Assembly (NCBI GenBank): GCA_963713975.1
Contig: OY970218.1
Coordinates: forward strand, 1,600,001-1,664,000
From: an uncultured Chloroflexia bacterium
GTDB taxonomy: Bacteria > Chloroflexota > Limnocylindria > Limnocylindrales > CSP1-4
Reading direction: 5' to 3'
DNA length: 64,000 bases
Below, piece by piece: positions 1-9,398 of this stretch (positions are counted from its first letter, which is position 1; the number at the start of each line of letters is the position of its first letter). The notes under the pieces are model-generated. The model had not been told where the DNA came from. It searched no databases and worked only from the letters and a program-made list of their open reading frames with translations. The position numbers and the translations under genes were made by a program.

Positions 1-2
1 TC

Positions 3-77
3 GGGTACGCGAACGAGGCCTCCGTCCTGCGGGAGGGCCTGGAGCGCTTCTCCGCGTTCCTTACCACGCTCGGCTGA
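3..77 (+). CDS. 3' end of a gene truncated by the window edge, probably a class I/II PLP aminotransferase
   Basis: Frame 3 reads GYANEASVLREGLERFSAFLTTLG*, resembling the C-terminal 'RIGYA..L.EGL.R' helix of class I/II aminotransferases. Confidence 0.5.
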   Translation, partial: GYANEASVLREGLERFSAFLTTLG

Positions 78-113
78 GCGGGCGCCGCCCAGGCCCCTCT
101 GCAGGCCCCAGCT

Positions 114-3100
114 TCAGGCCACCACCCTTGCGTCCGCGCTCGTCCGCTCGCGGCGGAGCGCCGGTCCTGCCGCCGCCGCCAGCGTGATCGTCAGCGCGAC
201 CACGAGGAAGGCAGACAGGACCAGCGCATCGATGGCCGGGAGCGAGCCGCCGCCGGTCATCGCCCCGAGCAGCGCGTCGACCGCATAGGTCATCGGCAGG
301 AACGGGTTGATCGCCGCGATCGGGCCCGGTGCCACCGACGCCGCGTACGGGATGCCGACGGCTGCCACCTGGACCACGAGGAGCAGGAGGGCCAGCAGCC
401 ACCCGCGGGACCCGAACATCGCCACCAGCGCCTGGACGATGGCGGTGAAGGCGAGCGTGGCCAGGACCGCGAAGCCCACGAGCTGGAGCATGTCCGCGAC
501 CTGGAGGCCCAGCAGGATCCACATGCCGCCGACCATCAGCAGCGACCCGGCGACGCCCACGAGGGCCGCGAGCCCGAAGGCGACGAGGACGCCGCGGACC
601 CATCGCCGACGGCCGGTCGCCCAGATGGCGGGCAGGATCAGGAAGGCGCCCATCACGCCCAGCCACGCGGCAAGGGCCATCAGGAACGGCGCGAGGCCAT
701 CCTGGGACCCGCCGACCGCGTTGACCCGGGTCGCCGCCACGGCGACCGGGTTGGCCGCGAGGGTGCTCAGCCGGGTGCGGGTGTCGCTGCCGTAGCTGCC
801 GATCCCGGCGGCGGAGGACTCGAGATCGTTGGACAGGGCCTGCGCGTCGTCGGAGATCGCCGTGCCGCTGCCCGCGAGGTCGTCGGACTGCGCCTCGACG
901 AGCGCGCCCGCCTCCAGCGCAAGGGTCGCCGCCTCGGTCAGCTGGTCCATGCCGCCGGTAGCGCTGGCGGTGCCGTCGGCCAGGGCCTGGGACCCCCTGG
1001 CGGCCGCTGTGGCTCCGGCGGCGAGCGCGGTTGACCCCTTGGCGAGCTCGTCCAGGCCGTCCGACAGATCGCTCGCGCCGGATGCGACGCCCGCGGCGCC
1101 GGTGGCCAGCTGGGCAACGCCGTCGGCGAGCCGCGGCACGCCGGCGGCGAACTGCTGCATGCCCTGGGCGTAGGCGTCCATGCCCGAGGACAGGTCCTGT
1201 GTGCCCGCAAGGAGCTGCTGGGCCCCGGCATACAGGTCGTCGATGCCCTGCTCCAGCGCCGGCAGCTGGGTGGCAAGGGCGGCCGTCCCCTGCATCACGC
1301 CCTTGGCATACGCCTCGACGGTCGCCGTGTCGACCACGACGTCCCCGGCGGCCTGCGCGGCTGCACCTGCGTCCTGTGCGGCACCGGCCGCCTCGTTCGC
1401 GAGTGCGCCGGCGTCCGCCTGCAGGCCTGCGAGGGCCTGGCAGACCGGGTCGGCGTCGGTGTGGAGGCCATCGCACTGGCTGGACAGCGCCGCGACCGCA
1501 GCCGCGAGGGCCCCGGCGTCGGTGGCGACGGAACCCGTTGCCTGCGCTGCGACGCCGGCCTTGTTCGCCGCCTCGAGCGCGTTGTTGTTGGCCTTCGTGG
1601 CGCTGGTCACCAGCTGGCCGGCGGCGTCGTTGAGCTGCTGGGCGCCGACGCCCATGCCGTTCGTGGAGGACGCGAGGTCCTTGAGGCCGGGCGTGGGCGG
1701 GTTCGTGGACGGGTTGCCGTTGGTGAACAGGTTCCAGCCGCCGGCGACCTGGGCCGCTCCGGTCGCGAGGTCGGACGCGCCGTCGGCCAGCTGGTCCACC
1801 TGTGCCGGGAGGGCGTCGGTGCTCGTGGCGAGCGCGGCAGCGCCATCGGAGACCTGGCTTGCCCCACCGGCCAGCTCGCCGGCCCCGGACGCCGCGGCCC
1901 CGGTGCCCTTGGCGAGGTCCCTCTGTCCGCGGGCCACCTTGGCCATACCGTCTGCCACGGCCTGGGTACCGTCCACGAGTTGCGTGATCTGGCTGGTGTC
2001 CGAGGTGCCGTCCACCAGCTGCTGGAGGCCGCTGACGAGCTGCCCTGCAACCACGGACACGCCGGAGGCGTTGTCGGCGAGATCGGACGAGGAGCCCGCC
2101 AGGTCACTCGCCGTGCCGGCGGCCCTGTCGACGATCGCCCGGGCGTCGGTGACCGCGAGCAGCACGTCGTCGACGTAGCTCGCGGTAACGCCCTGGGCCG
2201 TCGAGGTGGCGATCGCGGCCGCCACGGACCGTGCGACCGTCCCCAGGGCGTAGCCGGACCCGTCGTCCGTCACAAGCTCGAGGGTCGCCTGGGGCACCGT
2301 GCCGATCGTGTCGGAGCGGATGGCAGCCACGGTCCGGGAGAAGCCGTTGGGGATCCGGAGCACGGCCGCGTACGTGCCGTCGGCGAGGCCGGTGTCGGCG
2401 TCCGCCTCGCTCGCCTCGACCCACTCGAATCCCTCGCCGGTGCCGGGCCTCACCAGCGTCGCGGCCAGGTCGTCACCGAGCACGAGGTCCCTGACCATGC
2501 CGTCGGGGCCGGTCATGGTCCCGCCGTCGTCCAGGTTGACGACTGCCGCTCGCAGCGAGCCGACGTTGTCCATCGCGCCGCCAAACGACCAGGTCAGGAT
2601 GCTCGCGATCACGAGCGGGACCATCACGACGATCGCAAGCCCCACCGCCAGCCGCCGGCGATTGGCGCCGCGCGGCGGCCCGGTCGGCACGAGACCGTCA
2701 TCCACGCCCGCCGCCATGCTCACGCCCGCCGCCGCACCCGCCGCGGCGCCAACAGGCACCGGGACCGGGACCGGAGCGGCGCCCCCGCCGAACCGGAAGC
2801 GGGACGGCCACCAGGCCCAGTCTCCCGCGATCGTGGTGATGGCCGGGACCAGGATGGAGCGGACCAGGAAGGTGTCGATCAGCACGCCGATGGCGACCGC
2901 GACGCCGACCTGGAACAGGATCGTGAGCGGTGCCGTGGCCATGGATCCGAACGTGCCCGCGAGGATCAGACCTGCCGACGTGATGACAGCGCCGGTGTGC
3001 CCGGACGCCTTGCGCACCGCGTCCTTCATGCCCGCACTCTCCGCCTCCTCCCGGATGCGGTGCATCAGGAAGATGTTGTAGTCGGACCCGAGGGCCACGA

Positions 3101-5687
3101 GGAGCACAAACACGATCAGGGGCAGGTAGGGGCTCACGCCCTGTTGCCCCAGGACCTCCTGGAACAGGAAGCCGGACACGCCCAGCGTGGACCCGTACGA
3201 GACGAGGACGGTGGCCACCAGGTAGAGCGGCGCGACGACCGCTCGCAGCAGGAGCATCAGCACGATCAGGATGCCCAGGACCGTGATCGCACCGACCTTG
3301 AGGAAGTCGCTCGCCAGGGTCTCCTGGACGTCGGCGAACTGCGCCGTCGGTCCGCCGATGTACCCGGCCGCGGCCGGGCCGAAGGTGGCCGCACCGTCCG
3401 TTATCGTCGTGCGGGCGTCCCTCAGGCTCTGGAATGCCCCACCGGTGTACGCCGCGTTGGACGACGTGAGGTAGAACCGGGTCGCCGTGTGGTCCGTGGA
3501 GACGAACGCGTCGATCGCGTCCTGGAGCTTCGCGGCGTCGTCGCCGGTCAGGCTCGTGGGCAGGTAGAAGTCGTCCGGGCGGGTCGCGTAGACAGCCGCC
3601 AGCGCCGCGAACCGGTCCGGCAGCGCGTTGAAGGTGTCCTCGGCCTCCCGCTTGAACTCCTTCGCGCTCGCCGTGCCGGCGAGGCTCTCCGGCGACAGGG
3701 TGGCGTCCGGCGTGGCGTCGAAGTGGTCGGCCAGCGCGTCGAACGCCGTGGACAGGTTGAGCGCGTCGGTGATGGTGGCCTTGTTCTCGAGCGCCGCCGC
3801 GGCCCTGACCGCGTCCTTGTAGGGATCGAGCGTCTTCACCTCCGGGAATGCCGCCGCAAGCTCCACGAGGTAGTCGCTCATGAGCGTGGACTGCGGTTCG
3901 TCCCCGGAACCCGAGCCCGCGGTGGCAGCGTTGCCCGGGTCGGTGATCGACGCCGACAGCGTGCGCAGCTGGGTGGAGACCACGCTCTGCTTCGCGACGC
4001 GGTCCACGATGTCGATCGCGTGCTCGAGGCCGTCGCGAGCGTCCCGCCATTCGACGCCCGCCGCCACGTCCGGGAACGCCACGGCGAGGCCGTTCACGTA
4101 GTCGAGCGCCTGGTTGAGCCCGTCCCTGACCTCGGGGTCGAGGAGGCTGGAGTTGTCGGTCTTCGCTGATGCGCCGCTGTCGCCCTCGAAGCCGTCGCCG
4201 ATCTCCCCGAGGGTCTTCGACGGCCTGAAGCCGTCGGGCACGACCGTGTCGCCCTCGGGGGTGACGAGGCTGGTGGTGGTGGCGACGCCGCCGCCCGCCT
4301 GCAGGGTCTCCATCAACGCGTGCAGCTTGGCGAGCTGGGCCGGAGCCAGGATGTCGCCGCCACCGAGGTCGATGAGCGCGGTGGACTGGACGAGCTTGTC
4401 TTCGCCCAGGTGGTCGCCGATCTGCTGGTAGCCGATGGAGGAGTCGGCATCCTTGGGCAGGTCCGCCAGGACATCGAAGTTGGAGTCGACCTGCGGCAGG
4501 TAGAGAATCGGGACCAGCAGCAGGGCGGTGAGGCCGACGGTGGTGACGACCGGGCGTCGCGACACGATGTTGGCGAGGCTGGCGAAGAAGCCGCGCGGCT
4601 CGCCCTCGTGCTTCTGCCTGGTGTGGAGCGGCCAGAACAGGTAGTGGCCGAAGATCGACAGCAGGGCCGGCGACAGCGTGAGGGCGGCGAACAGGGTCAC
4701 GGCGACCGCGATCGCGATCCCCGGCCCCATCGACGTGATCATCTTGAAGTCGCCGACGCCCATCGCCATCATGCCCACGATCACCGTGCCCGCGGACGCG
4801 GTGATGACCGCGCCGATGCGCCGGACCGTGACCTTGGCCGCGTCGTGCCAGTCGCCGTCGTGCGAGACCTCCTCGCGGTAGCGGCTGATCAGGAAGATGG
4901 CGTAGTCGGTCCCGACACCGAACACCATGACCACGAGGAACGTCTCCAGGGTGGAGGAGACCTGCCAGCCGGCGGCGGCCAGGAACCCCAGCACGCCCTT
5001 CGACACGACGAACGCGGCACCGATGGTCGCCAGCGGGATCAGCGCGGCGAGCGGTGCCCGGTAGATGGCTAGGAGGACGAGGATGACGAGGATGATCGTC
5101 ACCGTGGTCGTGCTGTCGGTGCCGACCTGGACGGCCTCGAGGTAGTCGGAGCTGATCGCGGCGGCCCCGGTGACATGCACCTCCAGGCCGGCCGGTGCCG
5201 ACTCCTGGACGTGCGTGCGCAGGTCCTCTACGACGACCTTGGCGTCGTCGCCGGCGTCGGCCACGTTGAGGTTCACGACGAACAGCTCGAAGGTGCCGTC
5301 GTCCGCCCGGAACAGGTCCGCCAGCTCGGGGCGGGAGTCCGCCGTCTCCGTGTCCGTCACGGCGACACGGAGCTCCTCCGGCGCCTGCTCGCTCCCCGCC
5401 CACGCCGCAAAGGCATCCCGCCACTCGCGATCCGCGTCGGTCAGGCCCCCGGGGCGGTCCATCGTGATCGTCGCGGACGAAGCCGACGTGCTGCCGGGAA
5501 AGGCCCGTTCGATGGCGTCCTTGGCAAGGCGCGACGGCGAGTTCGCGGGCAGGAACGTGGTCTGGTCCGTGGAGCCCTGGCCGGAGAGGCTGGGGGCGGC
5601 GAGGGCGAAGAAGGCCGCGCCGGCGATCCACGCGAACAGGATCAGGAAGCGGAACCGGTAGGTCCAGGAGCCCAGGCGCTCGAACAT
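114..5687 (-). CDS. MMPL-family (RND) transporter fused to a YhgE/Pip-family membrane protein (~1,857 aa)
   Basis: Two MMPL repeats (GVGTDYAIFLISRYREE; ALGSDYNIFLMHRIREE), then a Pip N-terminal segment (AAVVNLDDG...YAAVLRIPNGFS), X-X-X-L-X-X-G heptads and Pip C-terminal TM block (GLAPFLMAL...PFLPMTYAVDAL). Start set at ATG MFERLG with upstream GGAGG; the ORF is open to 5735. Confidence 0.9.
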   Translation of the reverse strand: MFERLGSWTYRFRFLILFAWIAGAAFFALAAPSLSGQGSTDQTTFLPANSPSRLAKDAIERAFPGSTSASSATITMDRPGGLTDADREWRDAFAAWAGSEQAPEELRVAVTDTETADSRPELADLFRADDGTFELFVVNLNVADAGDDAKVVVEDLRTHVQESAPAGLEVHVTGAAAISSDYLEAVQVGTDSTTTVTIILVILVLLAIYRAPLAALIPLATIGAAFVVSKGVLGFLAAAGWQVSSTLETFLVVMVFGVGTDYAIFLISRYREEVSHDGDWHDAAKVTVRRIGAVITASAGTVIVGMMAMGVGDFKMITSMGPGIAIAVAVTLFAALTLSPALLSIFGHYLFWPLHTRQKHEGEPRGFFASLANIVSRRPVVTTVGLTALLLVPILYLPQVDSNFDVLADLPKDADSSIGYQQIGDHLGEDKLVQSTALIDLGGGDILAPAQLAKLHALMETLQAGGGVATTTSLVTPEGDTVVPDGFRPSKTLGEIGDGFEGDSGASAKTDNSSLLDPEVRDGLNQALDYVNGLAVAFPDVAAGVEWRDARDGLEHAIDIVDRVAKQSVVSTQLRTLSASITDPGNAATAGSGSGDEPQSTLMSDYLVELAAAFPEVKTLDPYKDAVRAAAALENKATITDALNLSTAFDALADHFDATPDATLSPESLAGTASAKEFKREAEDTFNALPDRFAALAAVYATRPDDFYLPTSLTGDDAAKLQDAIDAFVSTDHTATRFYLTSSNAAYTGGAFQSLRDARTTITDGAATFGPAAAGYIGGPTAQFADVQETLASDFLKVGAITVLGILIVLMLLLRAVVAPLYLVATVLVSYGSTLGVSGFLFQEVLGQQGVSPYLPLIVFVLLVALGSDYNIFLMHRIREEAESAGMKDAVRKASGHTGAVITSAGLILAGTFGSMATAPLTILFQVGVAVAIGVLIDTFLVRSILVPAITTIAGDWAWWPSRFRFGGGAAPVPVPVPVGAAAGAAAGVSMAAGVDDGLVPTGPPRGANRRRLAVGLAIVVMVPLVIASILTWSFGGAMDNVGSLRAAVVNLDDGGTMTGPDGMVRDLVLGDDLAATLVRPGTGEGFEWVEASEADADTGLADGTYAAVLRIPNGFSRTVAAIRSDTIGTVPQATLELVTDDGSGYALGTVARSVAAAIATSTAQGVTASYVDDVLLAVTDARAIVDRAAGTASDLAGSSSDLADNASGVSVVAGQLVSGLQQLVDGTSDTSQITQLVDGTQAVADGMAKVARGQRDLAKGTGAAASGAGELAGGASQVSDGAAALATSTDALPAQVDQLADGASDLATGAAQVAGGWNLFTNGNPSTNPPTPGLKDLASSTNGMGVGAQQLNDAAGQLVTSATKANNNALEAANKAGVAAQATGSVATDAGALAAAVAALSSQCDGLHTDADPVCQALAGLQADAGALANEAAGAAQDAGAAAQAAGDVVVDTATVEAYAKGVMQGTAALATQLPALEQGIDDLYAGAQQLLAGTQDLSSGMDAYAQGMQQFAAGVPRLADGVAQLATGAAGVASGASDLSDGLDELAKGSTALAAGATAAARGSQALADGTASATGGMDQLTEAATLALEAGALVEAQSDDLAGSGTAISDDAQALSNDLESSAAGIGSYGSDTRTRLSTLAANPVAVAATRVNAVGGSQDGLAPFLMALAAWLGVMGAFLILPAIWATGRRRWVRGVLVAFGLAALVGVAGSLLMVGGMWILLGLQVADMLQLVGFAVLATLAFTAIVQALVAMFGSRGWLLALLLLVVQVAAVGIPYAASVAPGPIAAINPFLPMTYAVDALLGAMTGGGSLPAIDALVLSAFLVVALTITLAAAAGPALRRERTSADARVVA

Positions 5688-5778
5688 GTGGTGGGGTGCC
5701 TCCCCGGGACGAGCGCGACGCGCGAACCCGGTCATGACGTTGCGGATGTGGGTTGCGGCACTTGACCGCGCCCGTTAG

Positions 5779-5828
5779 GATACGAGGACGTATTGGATAC
5801 GTCAACGTATCGGATACAAATATGTATC
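5779..5828. promoter_or_regulatory. Three tandem TetR-type operator palindromes GATAC-N6-GTAT(C/T), 17-bp period
   Basis: GATACgaggacGTATT (5779), GATACgtcaacGTATC (5796), GATACaaatatGTATC (5813), in an AT-rich patch between divergent MMPL-Pip and TetR genes. Confidence 0.8.
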
Positions 5829-5851
5829 GAACAACACAGGGGTTCGGCACG

Positions 5852-6661
5852 ATGGACCGTGAGCGAGAGCCGGGGGACTGGGCGGCCTGGATGCAGCCGC
5901 AGCCGGGTACCCACGCGCCGCACGCCGGGCGCCCCCCGGTGACCGGGGAGGCTCAGCTGGCGACGGGCACCCTCGCTCCAGGCCGGGACCCGGTCAATGG
6001 TCCCGAGATCGAGCACGAGCGCGATCCCGTGGATACCCCCCGCACCGCGCGACGGGAGGCCACCCGGCAGCGCATCCTCGACGCGGCCCGGGAGGTGTTC
6101 GCGGAGCGCGGCGTGTTCGGCGGATCCGTGGAGGACATCTGTGAGCGAGCGGGCTTCACTCGCGGAGCGTTCTACTCCAACTTCGCCGACAAGGACGACG
6201 TGGTGGGCGCCGTCATCGAGCGCGAGCACGACCGCCTGCTGGACCACCTCGATGTCAGCGTCGCGGAGCTGAGCCCGCAGGTCGCGGCGTCGTTCGACCT
6301 GCCGGAGCTGCTCGGCGGCCTGATAGGCGGGGTGCTGGCGTCGATCCCGATGGGTCGCGAGGTGACCCTCATCCAGACCGAGCTCGAGATCTTCGCGATC
6401 CGCCGTCCGGACCAGGCCGCCCGCTTCCTGGAGGTCAACACCCGGTTCCGCGAGCGCGTGGGCGCATTTCTGGACGATGCCCTGCGGCAACACGGGCGCG
6501 AGCTTGTGGTGGATCCCGTCGTGATCACCGACGCCATCGTCGCGATTGCCGAGCGCAGCGTCCGGCGGGCCCTGCTGGCAGGCGACGACGACCCGGACGC
6601 GCTGTCCCGCGCGGTGCTTCCGGGGCTCCTCCTCGCGTTCTCGAGGCCCGTCGAGGCCTGA
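5852..6661 (+). CDS. TetR/AcrR family transcriptional regulator
   Basis: HTH TRQRILDAAREVFAERG...SVEDICERAGFTRGAFYSNF; start uncertain (ATG 5852 or GTG 6029). Confidence 0.92.
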   Translation: MDREREPGDWAAWMQPQPGTHAPHAGRPPVTGEAQLATGTLAPGRDPVNGPEIEHERDPVDTPRTARREATRQRILDAAREVFAERGVFGGSVEDICERAGFTRGAFYSNFADKDDVVGAVIEREHDRLLDHLDVSVAELSPQVAASFDLPELLGGLIGGVLASIPMGREVTLIQTELEIFAIRRPDQAARFLEVNTRFRERVGAFLDDALRQHGRELVVDPVVITDAIVAIAERSVRRALLAGDDDPDALSRAVLPGLLLAFSRPVEA

Positions 6662-6674
6662 CCCGCCGGCGGCG

Positions 6675-7379
6675 CTACGCCATCACGAGTCGGCCGATGA
6701 TCACGCCGGCCAGGGCGGCTGCCCCGGCGATTCCCATCGTCTGCAGCGCGGTCCGGTACACGCTCTCCTTGCCGATGAGCGCGCGTGCCACGCCCAGCGC
6801 GGCCATCAGCGCGCCCGTGACCACCAGCGAGACGATCCGCGCGGTGTCGATCGGAAACAGCAGGAACGGCACCACCGGGACACCGGCGGCGAAGAGGTCG
6901 GCCACGAACATCCACAACGCGTGCGCGCGCGGCGAGGAGGACTCGGTCCGCATCGGCACGCCCAGCTCGAACGCCGCGACGTAGCGCAGGAGGGCCTCGG
7001 GGTTGCGGCGCAGCCCTGCCACCACCGCCTCCGTCTCGTCCTGCGTGAACCCGGCCGTGTGCACCTGCCCGGCGACGCGCGCGAGCGCCGCCTCCGGGTC
7101 GGCCGCGAGCGCCACGCGGGCGTCGGCAACCTGGGCCGTGGCCAGGCTCCGTTCGGAGTGCACGTCCAGGTAGGTGCCGGCCATCATCGACACGGCGCCT
7201 GCGACGGCGCCCGTGGCCCCGGCGAGCACGACGATCTGCGCGTCGTTGGTGCTGGCCGCCACGCCGAAGACCAGACCGGCGATCGAGACCGCCCCGTCCT
7301 CCATCCCGAAGGTGACGTCGCCGATGGAGTTGAGCAGCGACGCACGCAGGCGCGCGAGGACGTCGCTCGGAGATCGCAT
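6675..7379 (-). CDS. VIT1/CCC1 family Fe/Mn transporter
   Basis: DVTFGMEDGAVS...AGAVSMMAGTYL motif and C-terminal TM helices. Confidence 0.9.
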   Translation of the reverse strand: MRSPSDVLARLRASLLNSIGDVTFGMEDGAVSIAGLVFGVAASTNDAQIVVLAGATGAVAGAVSMMAGTYLDVHSERSLATAQVADARVALAADPEAALARVAGQVHTAGFTQDETEAVVAGLRRNPEALLRYVAAFELGVPMRTESSSPRAHALWMFVADLFAAGVPVVPFLLFPIDTARIVSLVVTGALMAALGVARALIGKESVYRTALQTMGIAGAAALAGVIIGRLVMA

Positions 7380-7684
7380 GCGGCTGCTGGTTCCTCTGAC
7401 CCGGGGGTTGCCGCGCCAGTCTACCGAGGCGACGCGTGCCGGCAAGGTGAGGGCGACCGGACACGCGTACGGAGGCTGATCTCCACGGCGTGGACGGCGG
7501 ACCCAAGTCGATATCGACTCAGATCCGACCCGTTCACGCCGGACCGGTCGCCGAAACCCGGGTTTTGGCCCGCGACCCCTGAGTGATCGCCCCGGAACCC
7601 AACCGATAGCGGATCAGGGCTCCAGCGAAAGCCTCGGCGACATCGGCCCGCAACCGTGACGCAGGCGGTAGGGTTCCTCCCTGT

Positions 7685-8617
7685 ATGCAGGCCCTCCGCG
7701 CCCTCCCGTGGCAGCTCTGGTTCCTCGTCCTCGGGGCGATCTGGGGCTGCTCGTTCCTGTTCATCAAGCTTGGGCTCGAGTCGTTCACGCCCGTCCAGGT
7801 GGCGTTCGGGCGGGTCGCGATCGGGGCGCTCGTCCTGCTGGTGATCGCGCGCGCAACCGGGACGCGCCTCCCGCGCGGGCGCGCGACCTGGATGCACCTC
7901 TCGGTGGTGGGGCTGCTCTTCTGCAGCATCCCGTTCACGCTGTTCGCCTACGGCGAGACCCAGGTCTCCTCGATCCTCGCCGGGATCATCAACGCAGGCA
8001 CGCCGCTGATGGCGCTGCTCGTGATCCTGGTCGCGTTCTCCGAGGAGCGGCCGGGGCGCGACGGCATCGCGGGACTTGGCGTCGGCTTCGTCGGCGTCCT
8101 CGTGGTCGTGGGGGCGTGGAACGGCCTCGGCGGCGGCGAGCTCCTGGGCGTGCTCGCGTGCATCGGGGCCATCCTCTGCTATGGGATCGCGTATCCGTAC
8201 ATCCGGCGCCACCTGACCCACACGGGCGATGGGCCGATCGCGATCGCCACGGGCCAGGTCACCATGGGTGCGGTCTTCCTGCTGCCGGTCGTCGTCGGCA
8301 CCTCGCTCGCCGGCACCGGGCAGGTCACGACGCCCATCGCCGTGTCCACCGTGGTCGGCATGCTCGCGCTCGGTGCGCTTGGGTCCGGGATCGCATATGT
8401 GCTCAGCACGCACATCGTCATCGAGGCGGGACCCTCGGTGGCCAGCTCCGTGACCTACATCACGCCGTTGTTCGCCGTCGCCGTGGGCAGCGTGATCCTC
8501 TCCGAGCCGCTTGCCTGGTACCAGCCGGTGGGCGGGGCGATCGTGCTCGTCGGCGTCGCCATCTCGCAGGGACGTATCCGGATCCCGCACCGTGCACGGG
8601 TGGGCGCCGCAGGGTAG
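7685..8617 (+). CDS. EamA/DMT family transporter
   Basis: IWGCSFLFIK start, two EamA repeats, about 10 TM segments. Confidence 0.92.
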   Translation: MQALRALPWQLWFLVLGAIWGCSFLFIKLGLESFTPVQVAFGRVAIGALVLLVIARATGTRLPRGRATWMHLSVVGLLFCSIPFTLFAYGETQVSSILAGIINAGTPLMALLVILVAFSEERPGRDGIAGLGVGFVGVLVVVGAWNGLGGGELLGVLACIGAILCYGIAYPYIRRHLTHTGDGPIAIATGQVTMGAVFLLPVVVGTSLAGTGQVTTPIAVSTVVGMLALGALGSGIAYVLSTHIVIEAGPSVASSVTYITPLFAVAVGSVILSEPLAWYQPVGGAIVLVGVAISQGRIRIPHRARVGAAG

Positions 8618-8936
8618 TTTCGCGCTCAGCCGCTGGGCGCCGGCGTTCATTTGCGATCGTCCGCACGGGCCTCAAGCCCGCTGTTCCTCTCCGTCCGGGC
8701 ATGCGGGGCCTCCGAGGCCCGCTATCGACCCCGAACCGGGCCGCCGACGGCTCTCCGTATGGCCCTCGACCCGAAGTGTGGGCCTCAGGGGCCCGGCGAC
8801 GCAGCGAGTCGGCCTGGCGGGGGTAACGCACCCGCCCCCGGCTTCGCCCAGTGCCGGAAGTGGTCCGGCCAGGCCCGCCCAGACGTTGGGACGCCTACCC
8901 CCGAAGGTGGTCCCCAGTGAGAGGGTTGTGGGCCGG

Positions 8937-8945
8937 TGGTACGCT
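8937..8945 (+). promoter_or_regulatory. Putative extended -10 promoter (TGnTACGCT) giving a ~100-nt leader for the cold-shock gene
   Basis: TGGTACGCT about 105 nt upstream of the csp start. Confidence 0.4.
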
Positions 8946-9048
8946 ACTGTCCCGCCACGCCTCGTGGCGAAGCGCCGCGTGGTCACTCCCACTCTTCGAA
9001 CGGACCGTGCGATCTGCTAGCCCTCGTTCGGGGAGCAGGAGGTCCAAC

Positions 9049-9252
9049 GTGGCCACCGGGACAATCAAGCGAGTCGTGGCCGATCGCGGCTTCGGATTCA
9101 TCGCGGCCGAGGACGACAAGGAATACTTCTTCCACCGGTCCGCCCTCGACCCCTCCCTCGACTTCGACCGCCTCGCCGGCGGGGAGAAGGTCGAGTTCAC
9201 GATCGAGCAGAGCCCCAAGGGCCCGCGCGCCAACACGGTGCGGCCGGCCTGA
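9049..9252 (+). CDS. Cold-shock domain protein
   Basis: GTG start after AGGAGG; RNP1 RGFGFI, RNP2 YFFH, C-terminal KGPRA. Confidence 0.95.
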   Translation: MATGTIKRVVADRGFGFIAAEDDKEYFFHRSALDPSLDFDRLAGGEKVEFTIEQSPKGPRANTVRPA

Positions 9253-9280
9253 CCGGCGGGGGCCGGCCATCAGGCCGGCC
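9242..9280 (+). terminator. Stable GC hairpin immediately after csp (terminator or mRNA stabiliser)
   Basis: GGCCGGCCTGA...TCAGGCCGGCC inverted repeat with inner CCGGC/GCCGG stem; no U-tract. Confidence 0.5.
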
Positions 9281-9398
9281 CCGTCCTCTCGCAGGATTTG
9301 CGGGCGTCGGCCACGTAGCCGGCCCCATTCTTTCGCTCGGCTTGCGGGCGCCGCATGGCCCACGCCTTCCGATTCGAGCGAGCCTCCCAAGGGCGTCG

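Noticed and set aside
114-2660. Pip/EsaA-like domain as evidence of a type VII secretion system
   Set aside because: No EssC/FtsK ATPase or WXG100 genes in the window
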